Assembly (NCBI GenBank): GCA_003246255.1
Contig: QKAX01000152.1
Coordinates: 19,099-83,098 of the forward strand
DNA: 64,000 bases
Origin: Demequina lutea
Lineage (GTDB): Bacteria > Actinomycetota > Actinomycetes > Actinomycetales > Demequinaceae
Direction of reading: 5' to 3'
Positions 59,055-64,000 of the stretch are shown here, in pieces. The translations under genes and the position numbers were made by a program. Below the pieces are notes generated by a model, which was not told the DNA's origin, ran no database searches, and saw only the letters and a list, made by a program, of their open reading frames with translations. The first letter of the stretch is position 1. Every line of letters begins with the position of its first letter.

Positions 59055-60239
59055 ATGGCACACCGGGGGTTGGCGCGGGCTGCGGGATGCGCAGGCGTGC
59101 TGACGCTCGTGCTCACCGCGTGCGCAACACCTCCCCAGGTGGCGCCCCCGAGCCCATTGAGCAACGACCTCGCGGCCGTGCGCGCCGACCCTGCCGCTGC
59201 CGCGCCCGAGCCGCTCCCCACCGGCATGGCCTCGTCAATCGTGTACGTGCGCAATGGCAATCCTGACGGCACGGCGTCGATACCGCTGGCCGCGCAGGAG
59301 GCCACGACGTCGGCGCCCGATCACGTCGTGGGCACTGGCACCGCTGCGTCGTGCACCTCGGAGGCGCTGGCCTCGGCGGTGCGAGGTGGCGGCGTGGTGA
59401 CGTTCAACTGCGGAGCGAGCCCGCTGACCATCAACCTCACACAGACGCTCATGCTGTGCAACACGGACACCTGCCAGCACCCGTGGCAGGGCGGAACTCC
59501 GGTCGAGCGGCTCGTTGTCGATGGCGGCAACCTCATCACCATCTCGGGCCAGGACCAGCGCGGCATCTTCTATGCGAATTCGTGCGAGGAGAGTTTCGGA
59601 TGGCTGAGCGGGCGTTGCGACCTCGAGACGAGGCCCGCTGTGGTCTTTCAGAACATCACCCTGACGCACGGCAACGCCACGTCGAGCCCTGCGGGCGTTG
59701 ACCCGATCGAGGGCGGCGGCGCGATCGCGATGCGGGGAGGCAGCTTCACGGCCTACAACGTGTCGTTCATTGACAACCGGTGCATGGTCGCATCCTCCGA
59801 TGGTGGCGGCGGCGCCGTGCGACTCACCGGCCAGCAGGGCACGTCCTACATTGTGAACTCCACGCTGGACGGCAATCGCTGCGCGAACGGCGGCGCGATC
59901 TCAGGTCTGCATGCGAGCGTCCAGGTGCTCAACTCGATGGTCACCAACAACACGGCGACGGGTAGTGGCGCGTCGAGCGGACAGGGCGGAAATGGCGGCG
60001 CGCTTTACGGCGACGGCAATCTCTATCACTACCTCGTGGACGGCACCATCATCAGCGGCAACTACGCCGACGAGGGCGGCCCCGGCATCTTCTACGTTTC
60101 CAACAACCGCACGGGCACGCTGACGATCCGCGACTCCACGATCGTGGACAACACGGGCGAGAACTTCTACACCGCTCCGTACCGCGACATCTTCTACCTG
60201 GGCGGCGGGTTCACTGTCAGCGGTTCCACTGTCCAATAG
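59055..60239 (+). CDS. lipoprotein with Pmp-like GGA(I/L/V)/FxxN parallel beta-helix repeats
   Basis: MAHRGLARAAGCAGVLTLVLTAC lipobox. Repeats: GGGAIAMRGGSF..FIDN, GGGAVRL..TLDGN, NGGAISG..MVTNN, NGGALYG..IISGN, ..TIVDN. Confidence 0.75.
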   Translation: MAHRGLARAAGCAGVLTLVLTACATPPQVAPPSPLSNDLAAVRADPAAAAPEPLPTGMASSIVYVRNGNPDGTASIPLAAQEATTSAPDHVVGTGTAASCTSEALASAVRGGGVVTFNCGASPLTINLTQTLMLCNTDTCQHPWQGGTPVERLVVDGGNLITISGQDQRGIFYANSCEESFGWLSGRCDLETRPAVVFQNITLTHGNATSSPAGVDPIEGGGAIAMRGGSFTAYNVSFIDNRCMVASSDGGGGAVRLTGQQGTSYIVNSTLDGNRCANGGAISGLHASVQVLNSMVTNNTATGSGASSGQGGNGGALYGDGNLYHYLVDGTIISGNYADEGGPGIFYVSNNRTGTLTIRDSTIVDNTGENFYTAPYRDIFYLGGGFTVSGSTVQ

Positions 60240-60276
60240 GGCAAGGCCCGATGCGGCCCGCCCGCCATCGCGCGCG

Positions 60277-61113
60277 CTAGCGGGGGTCTGGGCCCGTCGC
60301 GATCGCGCGTCCCGCCTCGCCCGACCACTGCGACCACGATCCGGGGAACAGCGCGGCGTCGATGCCCGCCTCGGCGAGCGCCGCGATGGTGTGCGCGGCG
60401 CTCACGCCGGAGCCGCAGTACACGGCCACCGGCTGCGAACCATCCGCGCCCAGCTCCGCGTAGTGCTCACGAAGCGCATCTGCCGCCAGGAAGGCGCCGT
60501 CGGCGCCGACGTTGCCCGTGGTGGGTGCATTGAGCGCGCCCGGGATGTGCCCGGCCTGGGGATCCATGGGCTCGATCTCGCCGCGGTAGCGCTCGCCCGC
60601 GCGGGCGTCGAGCAACACGCCCGTCGCCGGGAAGGCCTCCGCCTCGTCGGCCGTGATGGTGGGCATCGCGTCCCAGTCGAGCGTAATGAAGCCGGGCGTG
60701 GGCTCGCCGGCGCCCTCCTCAAGGGGCAGTCCGGCCGCGCTCCACGCGCCGAGGCCGCCACTCAGGATGCGCACGTCGGTGAGGCCCGCGTGGCGCAGCA
60801 GCCACCACGCGCGGGACGAGCCGAAGCCGTTCCAGTCGTCGTAGGCCACCACGGGATCGCCGTCCTCGAGGCCCCACGAGCGCGCGGCCGCCTGCAGCGC
60901 CTCGCGTGTGGGGAGCGGGTGGCGACCCTGGCCCTGTGCCGAGTGATCGCTCAGCTGCGTCTCGAGGTCCACGTACACGGCGCCGGGGATGTGCCCCGCG
61001 GCGTACGGCCCGCTGCCGTCGGTATCCATGAGGGTCCAGCGCACATCGAGGATTCGCGGCGGGATGGACTCCAACTGCTCGGCGAGCTCGGCCGGGGTGA
61101 TGAAGACGGACAT
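60277..61113 (-). CDS. sseA: thiosulfate/3-mercaptopyruvate sulfurtransferase (double rhodanese)
   Basis: Two rhodanese repeats. Active-site loop is VYCGSGVSAAH. Confidence 0.85.
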   Translation of the reverse strand: MSVFITPAELAEQLESIPPRILDVRWTLMDTDGSGPYAAGHIPGAVYVDLETQLSDHSAQGQGRHPLPTREALQAAARSWGLEDGDPVVAYDDWNGFGSSRAWWLLRHAGLTDVRILSGGLGAWSAAGLPLEEGAGEPTPGFITLDWDAMPTITADEAEAFPATGVLLDARAGERYRGEIEPMDPQAGHIPGALNAPTTGNVGADGAFLAADALREHYAELGADGSQPVAVYCGSGVSAAHTIAALAEAGIDAALFPGSWSQWSGEAGRAIATGPDPR

Positions 61114-61122
61114 CGCTGCTCC

Positions 61123-64000
61123 CTACGCCTTCGCCACGTCGATGGCCTCGTCGCCCGCGGCCACCGTGAGGGTAGTCGCGAGCACCTCGGCCGCGATCAG
61201 CTCGCGGTGGGTCTCCACGGCGGCCACACGCTCGGCCGGGACCGTGAGCCCCAGCACGATGCGGTCTCCCACGTTGAGGCCCGCAGCCTTGCGCGCGTCC
61301 TGGATCGAGCGAATCAAGTCGCGGGCGTAACCCTCGGCCTCGAGCTCCGGGGTGAGCGCCGTGTCGAGCGCCACGAAGCCTCCGGACGCCAGCACGGACG
61401 CGGCCACCGCGTCGTCGCCCTCTCCACCGATGACAGTGACGAGCTCGTACTCCCCCGCCTCCAGCGCGATGCCACCCGAGGTGACCACGCCGTCGGCCTC
61501 CGACCAATCGCCGGTCTTGGAGCCCTTGATGGCCTCCTGGACCTGCTTGCCGATGCGCGGGCCGGCGGCGCGAGCGTTAACTGTCAGGCGGCGCTCCACG
61601 GGGTGCGCGGCCGTGAACTCGGCCTCGGTGATGAGCGAGACGGCCTTGACGTTGAGCTCGGACGCCACGAGGTCCGCGTAGGGCTCGAGGGCGCCGGGAG
61701 CGGCCACCGCGACGGTCAGCGCGGGCAGCGGCTGACGCACGCGGATCTGCTCCTTCTTGCGCAGCGCGTGTGCGGCCGAGACCACCTCGCGCACCTGGTC
61801 CATCACGTCGCCCAGGGTGTCGTCGGCCCAGGCCTCGGGCGCCATGGGGTAGTCCGCGAGGTGCACCGAGCGGCCGCCGGTGAGCCCGCGCCACACCTCT
61901 TCAGTGGTGAGCGGCAGCAGCGGGGCTGCCAGGCGTGTCACTGTCTCCAGCACGGTGTAGAGCGTGTTGAAGGCCGCGGCGTCCTCCTCCCAGAAGCGGT
62001 CGCGCTGCGTGCGGACGTACCAGTTGGTGAGCAGGTCCATGTACTGCGCGAGCGCCTCCGAGGCGCCCGGCACGTCGAACACGTCCATCTGCTCGGTGAC
62101 TGTGCGCACGAGCTCCGCGGTCTTCGCGAGCATGTAGCGGTCCATGACGGGCAGCCCTGCCACCTCGTCGTCGGCCACCGCGCGGCCCAGCACTCCCTCG
62201 CCGCCGTTCGCGGCGCCCGCGTACAGCGTGAAGAAGTAGTACGTGGACCACAGCGGCAGCATCACCTGGCGCACGCCCTCGCGGATGCCCTGCTCGGTGA
62301 CGATCAGGTTTCCTCCGCGGAGGATCGGCGAGGCCATGAGGAACCAGCGCATCGCGTCCGAGCCGTCGCGGTCAAAGACCTCGTTGACATCCGGGTAGTT
62401 GCGGCGCGACTTTGACATCTTGGTGCCGTCGTCACCCAGCACGATGCCGTGGCTGATGCACGTCGTAAACGCGGGGCGGTCGAACAGCGGGGTCGCGAGC
62501 GCGTGCATCACGTAGAACCAGCCGCGCGTCTGGCCGATGTACTCGACGATGAAGTCCGAGGGGTTGTGGGTGTCGAACCACTCGGCGTTCTCGAACGGGT
62601 AGTGCACCTGCGCAAACGGCATCGAGCCCGAGTCGAACCACACGTCCAGCACGTCGGGGATGCGGCGCATGGTCGACTGCCCCGTGGGGTCGTCCGGGTT
62701 GGGGCGCGTGAGGTCGTCGATGAACGGGCGGTGCAGGTTGGGCTCGCCGTTCTCGTCGAGCGGCAGGCGGCCAAAGTCGGCCTCGAGCTGCGCGAGCGAG
62801 CCGTACACGTCGGTGCGCGGGTACTCGGGGTTGTCGCTCACCCACACGGGGATGGGCGTGCCGAAGTAGCGGTTGCGGCTCACGGACCAGTCGCGCGCGC
62901 CCTCGAGCCACTTGCCAAACTGGCCGTGCTTGATGTGGTCGGGCACCCACGTGATCTGCTCGTTGAGCTCCACCATGCGGTCGCGGTAGTCCGTGACGCG
63001 CACAAACCACGAGCTCACGGGCTTGTAGATGAGGGGGTTGCGGCAGCGCCAGCAGTGCGGGTAGCTGTGGTCGTAGGTCTCGTGGCGCAGGATCACGCCG
63101 CGCTCCTTGAGGTCCGCGATGATCTGCTTGTTCGCGTCAAAGACCTGAACACCCTGGTATTCAGGCACCAGCGCGGTGAAGCGGCCCTTGGAGTCCACCG
63201 TCTCAACCGGAGCCACACCCTTGGCACCCAGCACCGCGAGGTCGTCCTCACCGTAGGGGGCCAAGTGAACGAGCCCGGTGCCGTCCTCGGTGGACACGAA
63301 GTCGGCGGTCCACACGCGGTGCGCATTCTCGTTGCCCACAAAGTGCCCGAACGGCGGGGTGTACTGCAGGCCCTCGAGGTTAGCGCCCTTCACTGTGGCG
63401 AGCGTCTCGACGCCTTCGCCCAGCTCGCGGGCATAGTGGCCCACGCGCGACGCGGCGAGCACCAGCTTGCGGCCCGCGAACGCTCCCTCGACGGGGCGCA
63501 CCACCACGTAGTCGATGTCGGGGCCGACGGCGGCGGCCAGGTTGCTGGGCAGCGTCCAAGGGGTCGTAGTCCAGATGACCACCTCGGCGCCGGCCAGGTC
63601 GCCGGGGGCGTCGATCAGCGGCATCGCCACCGTCAGCGCCGGGTCCTGACGCATCTGATACACGTCGTCGTCCATGCGCAACTCGTGGTTGCTCAGCGGC
63701 GTCTCGTCGCGCCAGCAGTACGGCAGCACGCGGAAGCCCTCGTAGGCGAGGCCCTTGTCGTACAGCGACTTGAACGCCCAGATCACCGACTCCATGAACG
63801 TGACGTCGAGCGTCTTGTAGTCGTTCTCAAAGTCCACCCAGCGCGCCTGGCGCGTGACGTACTCTTCCCACTCCTTGGTGTACTTGAGGACCGAGGTCTT
63901 GCACGCCTCGTTGAACGCGGCGATGCCCATCTCTTCGATCTGGGACTTGTCGGTGATCCCGAGGATGCGCTCGGCCTCGAGCTCCGCGGGCAGTCCGTGC
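61123..64000 (-). CDS. ileS: isoleucine--tRNA ligase (type 2), N-terminus beyond the window edge
   Basis: KMSKS loop (TKMSKSRRN), WCISR-like [10 protein letters not shown], editing-domain [11 protein letters not shown]. The frame stays open to position 64000 (..[29 protein letters not shown]). Confidence 0.95.
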   Translation of the reverse strand, partial: HGLPAELEAERILGITDKSQIEEMGIAAFNEACKTSVLKYTKEWEEYVTRQARWVDFENDYKTLDVTFMESVIWAFKSLYDKGLAYEGFRVLPYCWRDETPLSNHELRMDDDVYQMRQDPALTVAMPLIDAPGDLAGAEVVIWTTTPWTLPSNLAAAVGPDIDYVVVRPVEGAFAGRKLVLAASRVGHYARELGEGVETLATVKGANLEGLQYTPPFGHFVGNENAHRVWTADFVSTEDGTGLVHLAPYGEDDLAVLGAKGVAPVETVDSKGRFTALVPEYQGVQVFDANKQIIADLKERGVILRHETYDHSYPHCWRCRNPLIYKPVSSWFVRVTDYRDRMVELNEQITWVPDHIKHGQFGKWLEGARDWSVSRNRYFGTPIPVWVSDNPEYPRTDVYGSLAQLEADFGRLPLDENGEPNLHRPFIDDLTRPNPDDPTGQSTMRRIPDVLDVWFDSGSMPFAQVHYPFENAEWFDTHNPSDFIVEYIGQTRGWFYVMHALATPLFDRPAFTTCISHGIVLGDDGTKMSKSRRNYPDVNEVFDRDGSDAMRWFLMASPILRGGNLIVTEQGIREGVRQVMLPLWSTYYFFTLYAGAANGGEGVLGRAVADDEVAGLPVMDRYMLAKTAELVRTVTEQMDVFDVPGASEALAQYMDLLTNWYVRTQRDRFWEEDAAAFNTLYTVLETVTRLAAPLLPLTTEEVWRGLTGGRSVHLADYPMAPEAWADDTLGDVMDQVREVVSAAHALRKKEQIRVRQPLPALTVAVAAPGALEPYADLVASELNVKAVSLITEAEFTAAHPVERRLTVNARAAGPRIGKQVQEAIKGSKTGDWSEADGVVTSGGIALEAGEYELVTVIGGEGDDAVAASVLASGGFVALDTALTPELEAEGYARDLIRSIQDARKAAGLNVGDRIVLGLTVPAERVAAVETHRELIAAEVLATTLTVAAGDEAIDVAKA

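Overview
High-GC (about 70%) Actinomycetota chromosomal core, probably Micrococcales-like by synteny. About 60 of 65 genes are on the minus strand. I found no rRNA, tRNA, CRISPR array or transposase.

Conserved blocks, in minus-strand transcription order:
- ileS, sulfurtransferase, two tandem folC genes, DUF4233, ndk
- smc and ftsY
- amt-glnK-glnD
- ffh and amidohydrolase
- rpsP, KH protein, rimM, trmD, rplS, lepB, rnhB, DUF2469
- yraN-comM-dprA-xerC-whiG
- rpsB-tsf-pyrH-frr-cdsA-rlmN
- dxr, rip1, ispG
- proS
- rimP-nusA-ylxR-infB-rbfA-truB

The ORF track uses the first ATG/GTG/TTG after a stop, so many ORFs overshoot at the 5' end. I re-set those starts using 1- or 4-nt stop/start overlaps (ATGA, GTGA, TAATG), Shine-Dalgarno sequences and conserved N-termini. 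All long plus-strand ORFs antisense to these genes look like high-GC artefacts.

Most interesting observations:
1. A 4.8-kb accessory cluster at 35558-40341. It encodes two FMN-binding exported proteins with the [S/T]GA[S/T] flavinylation motif, two NOX/ferric-reductase-like di-heme plus FNR membrane proteins, an unannotated 48-aa transmembrane (TM) peptide and an ApbE flavin transferase. I read it as a duplicated trans-membrane electron-export module.
2. dxr and the M50 site-2 protease gene are one continuous 817-aa ORF with no stop between them.
3. rimM is split by a frameshift.
4. There is a perfect 18-bp palindrome operator at an ArsR-type regulator/MFS pair.
5. There is a GlnR-type box upstream of amt-glnK-glnD, and glnD is short, with no room for ACT domains.
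6. folC and a DUF2510 membrane protein are each present as tandem paralog pairs.
7. An HNH protein with a Cys in place of the first catalytic His sits inside the trmD-rplS block.

All functional calls come from reading motifs by eye. No database search was run.
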